Below, in pieces: positions 34,673 to 43,183 of a DNA stretch of 43,183 bases (positions within the stretch are counted from its first letter, which is position 1; every line of letters starts with the position of its first letter). Under the pieces are notes generated by a model that did no database searches, had not been told where the DNA came from, and saw only the letters and a list, made by a program, of their open reading frames with translations. Source of the stretch: Oribacterium sp. (GTDB taxonomy: Bacteria > Bacillota > Clostridia > Lachnospirales > Lachnospiraceae). Where the stretch lies: the NCBI GenBank assembly GCA_963592375.1, contig CAVAXR010000001.1, positions 1 through 43,183 on the forward strand. The letters run 5' to 3'. The position numbers were made by a program, and so were the translations under genes.

Positions 34673-36823
34673 TCAGTCCTTCGTGTGGAGGGTGCTGACA
34701 GAATCCTTCCTGTTCTTCTGGACGTATTTGTAACGGGTGTTTCCGTTTGAATCCGTAGTCTTCACGCGCTGTGCCGTGCCGTTGTAGACCATGTTCGCAA
34801 GCTGGTCTGCCGTAACCTTATCCGCGACCGTGCCGCTGTTCGAAGACGTATAGACGGGGATGGTAGTGGCCTTCTTCGAAGAACTGTCGGAGGATGTCCG
34901 GGAAGCCGTCTGCGTGCTGTTTTTCAGCGCCGTACCGCTCCCGCTCTTAACGGTTCCGTCATACAGGCTGACGTTGCGGTTGAGGAGCGCGCCCTTTGCC
35001 GAGCCGAGCGTGCCGTAGCCGCTGGACGGAGCAGTCGAAGCCGTGCCCGTCACGGAAGGTGCGGCCGTATAGTCCGCCGCAGGGGTATAAGGCGTGTACG
35101 TCGGATCCGCCGTATCGTAGTCGTAGCCCAGGCCGGACGAGGAGCCGGTCTTCTTGCCCGTCTTGCTGCTGCGTGAGGAATTTGCCGAATAGATCGCAGA
35201 GGACGAGCTGGGTGCCGTAACCGTGCCGGAGGACGCGCCGGAATTGGCGTACTGCGCCGCCAGCTTCGCAAGGGTAAGCTGGTTGTTGAAGGCATCCTGC
35301 TCACGGTTGTACATGGCATTGGCTGCGTTGTAGGCATTGGCGTAGGCATCCTGCTCCCGATTGTACCCGGCCTGTGCGATGTTGTAGGCATTGGTAAAGG
35401 CATCCTGCTCACGGTTGTACTGTGCCTGGGCAAGGTTATATGCGTTGTTGAAGGCATCCTGCTCCTGGCTGTAGCCCAGCGTCACCTTGTTATAGGCATC
35501 GTTGTAGGCATCACGCGCCGCCTGGTACGCCATCTGCTGATCCCACTGGGAATCGCTGATCTTGTCGCGGTAGGCCTGGTAGGCGCGGTCGACATCCGCG
35601 TTCCACTGGGCACGTTCGGCCTCTGACTGGCTGAAGGCATTCTCATCCTGCGTCAGAAGCGCGGAATAGGTATTGTAGAGCTGATTATAGGCATCCTGGT
35701 ATACGTCAAAGGCCTGTGCGCGGTCGGTGTTGTACTGCGACAGCTCCGTCTGGTACTTCGAGAAGTCATTGGCCTCCGCGTTCTGAAGCGCCGCCAGCTT
35801 GTCCTGCTGCATGGAGTAGTCCTGCAGATAGCGCGAATACGCCTGTGAGTACAGCTCCGGGATCTTATCCGCAAGCTGTGCGTTGTAGTAATTCTGTGCC
35901 TGCTGGGAAGCCGCAATGGCAGCAGAGGACGCCACGCCGCCGGTCTGCGCAGCCTTGTTCGCAAGCGTGCTCTGCATGGAGCGGTCTCCCTCACGTCTGT
36001 ACTGCTTGGCGTAGGCCTGGTACACAGGATCCGTTGCGTAGTCATAGGAGAACTTGCCGTAATCCGTCACGTCATTCAAGGCCGACTGAATGCGGTCATC
36101 GTGGCGGGACTCCCAAGTCGGAGCCGCGTCATAGGTAAACGCGCCGTAGCTTCCCAGATTTCCAAGTGCGGAATTGATCTGATCGGTATACGCCGACTGA
36201 TACGTCGGAGCCTCTCCAAACTGCGACATATCGAAGTCATCATAGGTTTTGCTCTCCCACGTCGGGGAATCCGGCAGTGAATCTGCGGAGTATTTTGTGG
36301 AAGTCGGAACCGACGGCAGAGCCGACGCGGAGGAAGACGTCGCGGGAACCGACGGTAGCGAGTACGAAGACGTAGTCGGAACGGACGGCAGAGCCGAAGC
36401 CGCAGTCGAAGTCGCGGGAGCTGACGGCAGAGAGTACGAAGATGAAGTCGAAGCTGACGGAAGCGAGTACGCGCTCTGCGTTGCGTTCTGCGTCTGCGGG
36501 GTAAAGCTCGTCTGGGTATCGGGGCTCTGAACCGTGCCGCCGATGGGGTTATACTCCAGTCCCCACGAACCGCCGGTATAGGATGTCATGCCGGAAGTCG
36601 AAGCCGCATTGGAGCGAAGCTGCTCCGCTCTCTGATTCGCTGCCGACATTCCTGCGGTATCCCCCGACTTGTTTGCCGTGTTCCAGCTCTGCTTTGCGGA
36701 CAGAAGCCCCATGCCGACATCGGGATTGGCCTTCGCCAGCGCAAGGTCATACGATGAGAACTGACTTGCAAGCCCCGCATTCGAGACTGCGTTCTCAAAG
36801 TCCTGGTATGTATACTGTGCCAT
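34673..36823 (-). CDS. probable internal virion/ejection protein, 716 aa
   Basis: Low-complexity S/T/A/Q/Y helical protein; 54-bp repeats (EQDA..NAYN) at 35291, 35345, 35399 and 35453; lies between the nozzle-like gene and the giant gene. Confidence 0.65.
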   Translation of the reverse strand: MAQYTYQDFENAVSNAGLASQFSSYDLALAKANPDVGMGLLSAKQSWNTANKSGDTAGMSAANQRAEQLRSNAASTSGMTSYTGGSWGLEYNPIGGTVQSPDTQTSFTPQTQNATQSAYSLPSASTSSSYSLPSAPATSTAASALPSVPTTSSYSLPSVPATSSSASALPSVPTSTKYSADSLPDSPTWESKTYDDFDMSQFGEAPTYQSAYTDQINSALGNLGSYGAFTYDAAPTWESRHDDRIQSALNDVTDYGKFSYDYATDPVYQAYAKQYRREGDRSMQSTLANKAAQTGGVASSAAIAASQQAQNYYNAQLADKIPELYSQAYSRYLQDYSMQQDKLAALQNAEANDFSKYQTELSQYNTDRAQAFDVYQDAYNQLYNTYSALLTQDENAFSQSEAERAQWNADVDRAYQAYRDKISDSQWDQQMAYQAARDAYNDAYNKVTLGYSQEQDAFNNAYNLAQAQYNREQDAFTNAYNIAQAGYNREQDAYANAYNAANAMYNREQDAFNNQLTLAKLAAQYANSGASSGTVTAPSSSSAIYSANSSRSSKTGKKTGSSSGLGYDYDTADPTYTPYTPAADYTAAPSVTGTASTAPSSGYGTLGSAKGALLNRNVSLYDGTVKSGSGTALKNSTQTASRTSSDSSSKKATTIPVYTSSNSGTVADKVTADQLANMVYNGTAQRVKTTDSNGNTRYKYVQKNRKDSVSTLHTKD

Positions 36824-36840
36824 GTTCTTTTTTCCTCCCT

Positions 36841-38451
36841 TTAATGATACGAGCTTCCCTGCTCCGTATTCGGCGCGACAGAGTAGACCCAGACCCGTCC
36901 GCGTCCCTCAAGCCGTATTCTGTAGTGATCCGCGCGTCTGGGAATTCTTGGTACGATAAAGGATCGTTTTCCCGCCCCGGAGAAGGACGCAGCGGTCTGC
37001 CACGGCTCCTGCCCGTCATATTTCACCTTCACGGAAAAACTCGCGTCAGAGGCCAGCTCTGCGCGAATATCGATGCCCAGCAGCCATTTGCGCTGTGGAG
37101 AGCTTTCCGTGAAGTCTGCGGACTCTGCGAACCATTCGATGTCGGTCTCCTGCGTGCTGCCCTCCGGCGCGTCCTCTGCGTCTCCGATGAACCAGAGATG
37201 CCCGTCCGAGCAGAGCGCATACAGTCCCTCCCCGCACCACGCGAAGAAGAGAACGTGAAGCGCGTCATGCCTGTGCCACATACTGCGCTGCGTATCGTAC
37301 ACGAACAGGCTCCAGTTCCCCGCCGCGTCGTGCATGGAGATGTAGTACAGAAGCCCGTCCGTGCCTCCCACGCCGTCCGAATAGGACACATCCCCGAATG
37401 GGGTCGATATGGGAGCCGGCAGGCCGCCGGAGTACAGGACTACACCCGCTCTGGACAGGTAGAAGAGCTTCTCCGATGCGATGCCAAGGCTCTTGCCGGA
37501 GCCCTGTGCCACGCCGAGATTGGCAGACGGAACGGTCTGGAAGTCCGAAGGGATCGAGCCGTACACCTTGTACACCTGCTCAGACTTGAAAAAACAGGGG
37601 TAGCCCAGATATGAGCATCCCCCTGTAAAGGTACCCGCACCAAGCACATCCACGTACCACGATTCCGTGCCGGTCAAGTCGAAGTTGTTGAAGTTGGTCG
37701 GATCGGCAAGCGCCGAAGCGTAGATGGTGTTGCCGCGCGCGCCCCACAGACGGTTGTCATGCACGAAGAGGATGTCGAGATCCGGCACATTGCGGTCAAT
37801 CTTGATGCTTCCCGTCTCCGTGTAGGACGTATTCCCGTCCCCCAAAACGAAGGAATCCGGGTAGAAGCGAAGGGTTTTCCCGTCCTCCGAGATCTCACGG
37901 ATGAGAATCGTCAGATTGTTTTCCGGGTGAACGGTGCAGCCCTGGATGGTCACAGCATCCCCCACGGCAAAGCCCGTGAAGGCTGCTCCTGTGGTGGTCA
38001 GCGTATTCGCCGCCGCAGGCTCTCCCGTATAGGTTCCGTCCGAGAACGTGACCGCGCCGGAAGAGGACGTGTAATGAGCCTCAAGACTCCCGAACTCTCC
38101 CGTATTGATGTTGTAAGACATCTTGTCCGGGAAGATAAGGACGAGATGTCCCATGACGGTCATGGTCTTTTCACTGTCCGCAACGGTGCCGCGCAGGACT
38201 CCGTCATAGTAAAAGCCCGTGCCGTCCACCCACGCCAGCGCGTCTCCTCCGCACAGACCGTTGGGACGTGCAAGAGTGCGCGCCAGACTGCGTGGACGGC
38301 GCACGGCGAGAAGCGGCGCGTCTGCGGAGGTAAGGTTCTGCATATCGTACCATTCTCCGTCACCCGCCGCACGGCGATGGTTATACCCGCCGAACTCCGT
38401 CTGTATCTTTTTTGAGTAGCTGTCCGCGTACACGGGTGCCGGAAACGCCAT
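36841..38451 (-). CDS. tail nozzle / stabilisation protein (P22 gp10 / T7 gp12-like)
   Basis: FGGYNHR...DMQNL N-terminus; beta-propeller-like motifs (HDNRLWG, IYASALADP, LFYLSRAGV, LFVYDT...W). Confidence 0.7.
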   Translation of the reverse strand: MAFPAPVYADSYSKKIQTEFGGYNHRRAAGDGEWYDMQNLTSADAPLLAVRRPRSLARTLARPNGLCGGDALAWVDGTGFYYDGVLRGTVADSEKTMTVMGHLVLIFPDKMSYNINTGEFGSLEAHYTSSSGAVTFSDGTYTGEPAAANTLTTTGAAFTGFAVGDAVTIQGCTVHPENNLTILIREISEDGKTLRFYPDSFVLGDGNTSYTETGSIKIDRNVPDLDILFVHDNRLWGARGNTIYASALADPTNFNNFDLTGTESWYVDVLGAGTFTGGCSYLGYPCFFKSEQVYKVYGSIPSDFQTVPSANLGVAQGSGKSLGIASEKLFYLSRAGVVLYSGGLPAPISTPFGDVSYSDGVGGTDGLLYYISMHDAAGNWSLFVYDTQRSMWHRHDALHVLFFAWCGEGLYALCSDGHLWFIGDAEDAPEGSTQETDIEWFAESADFTESSPQRKWLLGIDIRAELASDASFSVKVKYDGQEPWQTAASFSGAGKRSFIVPRIPRRADHYRIRLEGRGRVWVYSVAPNTEQGSSYH

Positions 38452-38484
38452 ATGCGCTCAACTCCTTTTTACAAATGTTATGTA

Positions 38485-38847
38485 TTATTCAACCCGTACA
38501 AGGCTGTCCAGCGCGAGGAGCATATCCGGGGTGATGCCGCGCATATCGCCCTTCAGCACAACGGGCTCTGCCTTCACGGTGACTTCCGTTGCATCCAGCT
38601 CCCGCACGCCCTCCGCGTAGGCATCCATATCCTCCCGCGATTCAAAACGGTATTTCTTCGCATCGGTCTCATCGGGCTTGCCGTATTTCTCCAGAAGCCG
38701 GTTGCGCTTCTCCGCGTAGAAACCCGCCTCATCGCGCACGGCCTTTGCCAGCTTCATCACGCCGTAGGCTTCCCGCGCCGTAAGTTCCTCATTCTTCATC
38801 AAAGGCTCCAGCGCCTCCGATGCCTTATACGCTTCCAGTAATGTCAT
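38485..38847 (-). CDS. hypothetical protein in the tail module
   Basis: AAGGA RBS; helical; RNRLLEKYGK motif. Confidence 0.75.
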   Translation of the reverse strand: MTLLEAYKASEALEPLMKNEELTAREAYGVMKLAKAVRDEAGFYAEKRNRLLEKYGKPDETDAKKYRFESREDMDAYAEGVRELDATEVTVKAEPVVLKGDMRGITPDMLLALDSLVRVE

Positions 38848-38871
38848 AGGGGGTTATTCCTTTCCTCGCTG

Positions 38872-40434
38872 TTATATATACCAATAGAGATTGCCGCTTG
38901 CATCGGTCGACGCGATAGTTGTGTCGTTGACATAAATACTCTGGTTTGCTCCGATGTAGAAAGCAAGACTGCCGTCGCTTGAGATATTCGTTCTCCAGTG
39001 ACCGGCAATGTTCACATATCCCGAAGCAGAGAGCTCCATATTGGCGCCGGAAGTAACTACCAAATTATATGTGTCATTGCCATTCCCGGTCAAATACATA
39101 TTGGCTACGTTGTTCCCTTCTCTGTAAAAATAAAGGGCACCGTAATCGTATTGGCTTCGCCCGGATATAAGCGCTGGCCCGCTCAGCGTACCGTTATAGA
39201 AGCTTCGAAGGGTTCCATCGGTTATCCGCATATACCCGCCCGACGTATCGTTTGGGCTGTCCTGCGTGGAGAACAGCGATCCGTAGATGCTCGATCCGTA
39301 CATATTCGAGCCGTTGATGGTGCCGGTCATCTCAATGTTGCCGTTCTCGTCTGCGGCGAAGACCTCGCTTCCGGCTGTGTTCTTGATCTTGATCTTGCCG
39401 TTGGAGACGGTAAGACCGTCCTTGTCGATGGTTACGCCGGACTTATAGGTACTGGTAGTGCCGTCACGGTATTCTGCCGTCAGCCCCGTGCGAGTAAATG
39501 TCAGCTTCGCATCGGAGTAGGACGTGCCGTCATTGCCGCCGATTGTGAAGGCAAAGCCCTCTGCGGTCTGTGTCGCGCCGGTGCGTGAGACGTAATTCCC
39601 AAGCTGCGTTGTGACCGTGGTGGAGACCTCCTCCGCCGTCTGCACAGCCGTGGAAGCCGCCGTTTTCGCCTCGTCCGCTTTTGTGGATGCCGATTCCGCT
39701 GCGGACTGTGCCCTCGTCACACTGGTCTGCAGGCCGGACGTGGTAGCTTCAAGGGACGTGATGTCCCCCTCCGTGGTGCTGATGCGCCCGGATAGGGAGC
39801 TTGCCGTCTGCTCCAGTGTGGAGATGTCTCCCTCCGTGGTGCCGACTCTCGTCGAAAGATCGTCTGCCGTCTGCTCAACGGTGCTCATCCTGCCGTCCAC
39901 AGCCGTCATCTGCGAAGAGAGGCTCTTCGCCGTCTGCTCCAGCGTGGATACGTCTCCCTCCGTGGTGCTGACGCGTGAAGACAGGCTGTCCGCAGTCTGC
40001 GAGAGGGTAGAGATGCTTCCTTCGGCATTTCCCACTCTCGTCTCCAGACCCGTGACCGTGACCTTCACGGCGCTCATGTCTCCCTCGACATTTGACACCG
40101 TAGCGCTCAGCCCCGCCGCCGTAGCCTCCAGCTTCGTCTGGGACTCGTTCAGCCGGTCGATGGATGCCGAAAGCCCGTCCGTTGTGATGGAAACGCGCGT
40201 GATGGCCTCGTCCGCTTCCTCCAGCTTGATGTTCAAGGGATCCTGTATGTTCTTCGTCAGCGTTTCCAACTGCGCTACGTTGAAGTTTGCGATTCCTAAG
40301 TTATCCAGCGCGTACCCTAAGTATTCGCGCAGGAGGAACAGATAGTCATTCGACTGCTTCAGATACTTGACCGCATCGTCCCCCTCGCGGTACTCGGGGA
40401 AGAGCACGTCACACATATATACGGGTTCCGACAT
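38872..40434 (-). CDS. tail fibre/needle protein with 21-aa coiled-coil repeats
   Basis: Repeated STLEQTAxxLSxRVxTTEGD units followed by a beta-rich C-terminal domain. Confidence 0.7.
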   Translation of the reverse strand: MSEPVYMCDVLFPEYREGDDAVKYLKQSNDYLFLLREYLGYALDNLGIANFNVAQLETLTKNIQDPLNIKLEEADEAITRVSITTDGLSASIDRLNESQTKLEATAAGLSATVSNVEGDMSAVKVTVTGLETRVGNAEGSISTLSQTADSLSSRVSTTEGDVSTLEQTAKSLSSQMTAVDGRMSTVEQTADDLSTRVGTTEGDISTLEQTASSLSGRISTTEGDITSLEATTSGLQTSVTRAQSAAESASTKADEAKTAASTAVQTAEEVSTTVTTQLGNYVSRTGATQTAEGFAFTIGGNDGTSYSDAKLTFTRTGLTAEYRDGTTSTYKSGVTIDKDGLTVSNGKIKIKNTAGSEVFAADENGNIEMTGTINGSNMYGSSIYGSLFSTQDSPNDTSGGYMRITDGTLRSFYNGTLSGPALISGRSQYDYGALYFYREGNNVANMYLTGNGNDTYNLVVTSGANMELSASGYVNIAGHWRTNISSDGSLAFYIGANQSIYVNDTTIASTDASGNLYWYI

Positions 40435-40467
40435 CTATCTTCCCCTTTTCTCTTTCTTGTTGTGTTA

Positions 40468-41295
40468 TTACAGTAAATCCAGTCTCTGCAGGATGAGCGC
40501 TAGCTCCTCGCGCCGCACATAGTCTCTTGGACGCGTACCGTCCATGATGCCCGTGTTGTACGCTGCTTTCCACGCATCTGCGGCATAGCCGAAGGACTTC
40601 TCCGGCGGTTCAGCTTCCGCAGGAATGTCGGAGTTCAAGCCGTCCACGGCATTCGCCGCCGTCTCTGCAGCATCCTCCGCATAGATGCGCGTGACGTTTT
40701 CCAAAAATGAATCCCAATGCGGCAGGATGTACACGGGGCAGTTCTTGCCCGACCAGTATTTGTGCGGATACACGTCATAAGCCGGGTCGAGCTTATGCTC
40801 ACGGCACAGATACGCGACCAGATACGCCGTAGTTTCCTCGGTCTCCGCGTCCTCGCCGATGGCTTCGATGGCAATGGTATCAAGGTTCCCGCCGATTTTC
40901 TTCTTTCCGTTCTTCGACTTCTTCCGGCCGGAGCCGTCTCCCGCGTGCCAGCCTCTCTCGTTGTCCGTAAGCAGTCTCCAGATGTCGGAGTGCCAGACAT
41001 AGTAATGCACAACCACACCGCCCATGTTGCCGTTGTAGGTAGCGCGGGTATACTGTTCTGCGGCATTCGTGCCCGACTGCACGTTAATCATCTCGGTGTT
41101 GTGTACGGTGATGCCAAGCGGCACGCCCGCCGTGCCGATCGAGGCACAGGGCTTCATCTTCCCGCCCTTCTTGACATAGGACGCAACGTCCTTCGTAGCC
41201 GTAAGGGTATCGGGGATGAGCTTTGAATTGATGCTGAGAGTTTTCCCCGCAACAACGTATGTAAGGACGTCGTTCGGTTCCAGAAAGTTCGCCAT
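40468..41295 (-). CDS. endolysin, N-acetylmuramoyl-L-alanine amidase (Amidase_2)
   Basis: ITVHNT, HYYV, WHAGDG, IAIE, HKYWSGKNCP; C-terminal SLH-like GIMDGTRP..VRREELA; GGAGG RBS. Confidence 0.92.
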   Translation of the reverse strand: MANFLEPNDVLTYVVAGKTLSINSKLIPDTLTATKDVASYVKKGGKMKPCASIGTAGVPLGITVHNTEMINVQSGTNAAEQYTRATYNGNMGGVVVHYYVWHSDIWRLLTDNERGWHAGDGSGRKKSKNGKKKIGGNLDTIAIEAIGEDAETEETTAYLVAYLCREHKLDPAYDVYPHKYWSGKNCPVYILPHWDSFLENVTRIYAEDAAETAANAVDGLNSDIPAEAEPPEKSFGYAADAWKAAYNTGIMDGTRPRDYVRREELALILQRLDLL

Positions 41296-41297
41296 CG

Positions 41298-41519
41298 TTA
41301 TTCCTCCATCTTCTCCTCTGCGGGTTCCACCTCCGGCAGTCCCGCGATGCTGGTCAAGATACTCAGTACACCTGCAAGAAGCGCCGAGCTGCCGACATAC
41401 GCCCAGTCCACGCCGCCGAAGACCGCCGCGCATCCGACAGAGGCAATCGCCGTCTGTGCAACTGTCTTAATGGCGCGGATACCCGCCGCCTTGATCCATG
41501 CCTTGAAATTCGTTCCCAT
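41298..41519 (-). CDS. holin (r1t family)
   Basis: WIKAAGIRAIKTVAQTAIA...VDW...SILTSIAGLPEV. Confidence 0.92.
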   Translation of the reverse strand: MGTNFKAWIKAAGIRAIKTVAQTAIASVGCAAVFGGVDWAYVGSSALLAGVLSILTSIAGLPEVEPAEEKMEE

Positions 41520-41542
41520 GACACCTTTGCTCCTTTCCGTGC

Positions 41543-41755
41543 TTATCTGCGCAGCTCATCCAGACTGTGCTCGACCTCAGTCAAGCGGCCTTCGACTTTG
41601 TACATTCGCTCGATGAGCGAGTTATGCGCCTGTACCTTCTTCTCAAGCTGCTCCAAGCGGTACACAACGAGCTTCGCCGAAGTCGCGATTCCGGCAAGGC
41701 TTCCCAAAAGCGTACCCGCAAGTGAGAGGAGACCGACCACAACGGAGTCCGACAT
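41543..41755 (-). CDS. lysis-cassette membrane protein (N-terminal TM plus coiled coil)
   Basis: VVVGLLSLAGTLLGSLAG, then YRLEQLEKKVQAHNSLIER; upstream of the holin. Confidence 0.8.
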   Translation of the reverse strand: MSDSVVVGLLSLAGTLLGSLAGIATSAKLVVYRLEQLEKKVQAHNSLIERMYKVEGRLTEVEHSLDELRR

Positions 41756-42174
41756 TAGGCCTCCACCTCCGTCCATCCCGCAGGATACGCATCCGGCGCG
41801 TACACATTCGCATCGATGGTACTCTCATACACCTTGCCGTTGTAGACAACTCTGTCACCCTTCTTGTACGCATCGTGCGCACCTGTGGGCTGTACAAATT
41901 CGTCATATCCCGTCCCGGCATCGATTTTCACGGTCGACCAGAGGGAAACCGCCGTGTCGGGTGTCCAGTCACTCTGCGCCGTATGCGCCTGTACGCAGAC
42001 GTACAGAGAGCCGTTGTAGCGGACGCGCTTGCCGACAGCGTAGGTAGCGGAGCTGTCCCACGCGGGGAAAAGATCCGTGCAGAACAGAGCCTCCTCTGCG
42101 GTCAGCTCCGCGCGCTCTGCAATCGCCTCAATCATGGCGCGAAGCTCCCGCGCCTCTTTCATCGTAAGTGCCAT
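41755..42174 (-). CDS. carbohydrate-binding (CBM5/12-like) tail-associated protein
   Basis: FPAWDSSATYAVGKRVRYNGSLYVCVQAHT; QPTGAHDAYKKGDRVVYNGKVYES. Confidence 0.85.
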   Translation of the reverse strand: MALTMKEARELRAMIEAIAERAELTAEEALFCTDLFPAWDSSATYAVGKRVRYNGSLYVCVQAHTAQSDWTPDTAVSLWSTVKIDAGTGYDEFVQPTGAHDAYKKGDRVVYNGKVYESTIDANVYAPDAYPAGWTEVEA

Positions 42175-42191
42175 GGTGGTGTCCTCCCTTT

Positions 42192-42551
42192 TTAGCGTCC
42201 TGTGATGATAGCCAGAAGCTCACTCGCAGTCGGCTGTCCCATGTAGATGATGACCATGCCGTCCGGGCGAACCAGAGCATCGCCGCGAACGCTCCACGAA
42301 GAGCAGTCCTCGGTGTCGGTCACGGTCTCCACGGTCTGGTTTCCGTCCGCATCCGTCACGGTTTCCTCACGGACAGTAGTCACGGTGTATTCCGCGTCCG
42401 TGCAGAACGCGGACAGGACATCGGGCAGAGAGCTGTACTGCGTAATGCAAAACGCCCTCCACGCACGTCCCGAGGGGAAATAGCGCACACCGGACGGCGT
42501 ATCCTCAAGCGGAAACGTTACGCCCGAAGCAAATGTTACGGTCTGTGTCAT
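42192..42551 (-). CDS. hypothetical protein in the tail module
   Basis: AAGGAGG RBS; lies between the repeat protein and the CBM protein. Confidence 0.75.
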   Translation of the reverse strand: MTQTVTFASGVTFPLEDTPSGVRYFPSGRAWRAFCITQYSSLPDVLSAFCTDAEYTVTTVREETVTDADGNQTVETVTDTEDCSSWSVRGDALVRPDGMVIIYMGQPTASELLAIITGR

Positions 42552-42619
42552 ATGTGTTCCTCCTTAATTGAGTTTGGGGGTGCAGAGTAAAATGTTCCTT
42601 TTGGGGCTGCACCTTCCGC

Positions 42620-43183
42620 TTACGGATATACGATTTCATTCGCAGTGTAGTATGTGGTATTGATGGACGGCGTACCCGTAAAGCTGCCGCCGGTGTCGGA
42701 GAACATATAGTCGAGTGCATTGTTTGCCGTAGTGCCAGTGCCGGACATCGGTATGCGGTATGCGTATTTGTAGGTAGAGTCCTGCGTGGTGGAAAGTTTG
42801 ATGTTGGTGCAGCCGTCGAACATATCGTAGTAGCAGCTGCTTGCCAATATGGTCGCCGGAAGTGCCGGTGCAGCCGTGAGTGACGTGCAGCTGGCGAACA
42901 TCCAGTAGTAGCAGTTCTCCGCCAATGTGGTTGCCGGAAGTGCCGGTGCAGCCGTGAGTGACGTGCAGCTGGCGAACATAGCGCGGTAGCAGTTCTCCGC
43001 CAATGTGGTTGCCGGAAGTGCCGGTGCAGCCGTGAGTGACGTGCAGTTGTGGAACATAGCGCGGTAGCAGCTGCTTGCCAATGTGGTCGCCGGAAGTGCC
43101 GGTGCAGCCGTGAGTGACGTGCAGCTGTCGAACATAGCGCGGTAGCAGTTCTCCGCCAATGTGGTTGCCGGAAGTGCCGGTGC
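42620..43183 (-). CDS. 3' part of the LRR-like 26-aa repeat protein (continues from 1..585)
   Basis: CTSLTAAPALPATTLAxxCYxxMFxx repeats, then a C-terminal cap IKLSTTQDSTYKYAYRIP...MFSDTGGSFTGTPSINTTYY; open to the window end. Confidence 0.88.
   Translation of the reverse strand, partial: APALPATTLAENCYRAMFDSCTSLTAAPALPATTLASSCYRAMFHNCTSLTAAPALPATTLAENCYRAMFASCTSLTAAPALPATTLAENCYYWMFASCTSLTAAPALPATILASSCYYDMFDGCTNIKLSTTQDSTYKYAYRIPMSGTGTTANNALDYMFSDTGGSFTGTPSINTTYYTANEIVYP
42836..43183. repeat. 78-bp coding tandem repeat, 4 full units plus 36 nt
   Basis: Units start at 42836, 42914, 42992, 43070 and 43148; 43148-43183 is identical to 1-36. Confidence 0.97.

Noticed and set aside
2916..42590. 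Long + strand ORFs antisense to clear genes (e.g. 2916..3902, 7719..8657, 15972..16922, 27638..28768, 36583..37614)
   Set aside because: These are shadow ORFs expected in GC-rich coding DNA, with no RBS or motifs.
42836..43183. CRISPR array (36-bp invariant core alternating with variable segments, also at 1-234)
   Set aside because: The intervening segments are near-copies of each other rather than unique spacers, the 78-bp period is in frame within an open ORF, and there are no cas genes.
42620..43183. Diversity-generating retroelement target
   Set aside because: No reverse transcriptase, Avd or non-coding template repeat is visible. One slot (GCC AGC, CAC AAC, GAC AGC, GAC GGC) fits an AAC AAC template, but the other slots also vary at third positions, and C-ending codons are common in this genome.

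Overview
The window appears to be an essentially complete, circularly permuted genome of about 43.1 kb from a temperate, short-tailed (podovirus-like) phage. The host is probably a GC-rich gut Bacillota (Clostridia/Oscillospiraceae-like), inferred from GGAGG ribosome-binding sites, sigma-A promoters, an r1t holin and an amidase. The last 36 nt repeat the first 36 nt, and both ends lie inside one gene with 78-bp coding repeats. Late module (- strand): terS, terL, portal, scaffold, decoration, major capsid, an adaptor-collagen fibre fusion, an LRR-like repeat protein, a CBM protein, holin and amidase, tail proteins and two probable ejection proteins (716 and 2753 aa). Early module (- strand): cro, small zinc-finger and HTH genes, a lytic transglycosylase, a Lar-like gene, YqaJ/RecT, a replication initiator with internal iterons, dUTPase, RusA, SSB and a RinA/ArpU-like activator. 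Lysogeny module (+ strand): an XRE repressor and a large serine integrase. Five candidates stand out. (1) An unannotated 59-aa antisense gene with its own strong promoter resembles the repressor's C-terminal domain, like a SinI-type antirepressor. (2) A standalone operon pairs an AcrIC5-like acidic protein with an HTH gene behind a perfect 20-bp palindrome. (3) The repeat protein's variable slots look combinatorially shuffled, with no reverse transcriptase or invertase present. (4) A probable attP lies inside the integrase 3' end and resembles a tRNA 3' end. (5) A roughly 370-nt hairpin-rich leader sits in the early operon. All family assignments come from motif recognition by eye; no searches were run.
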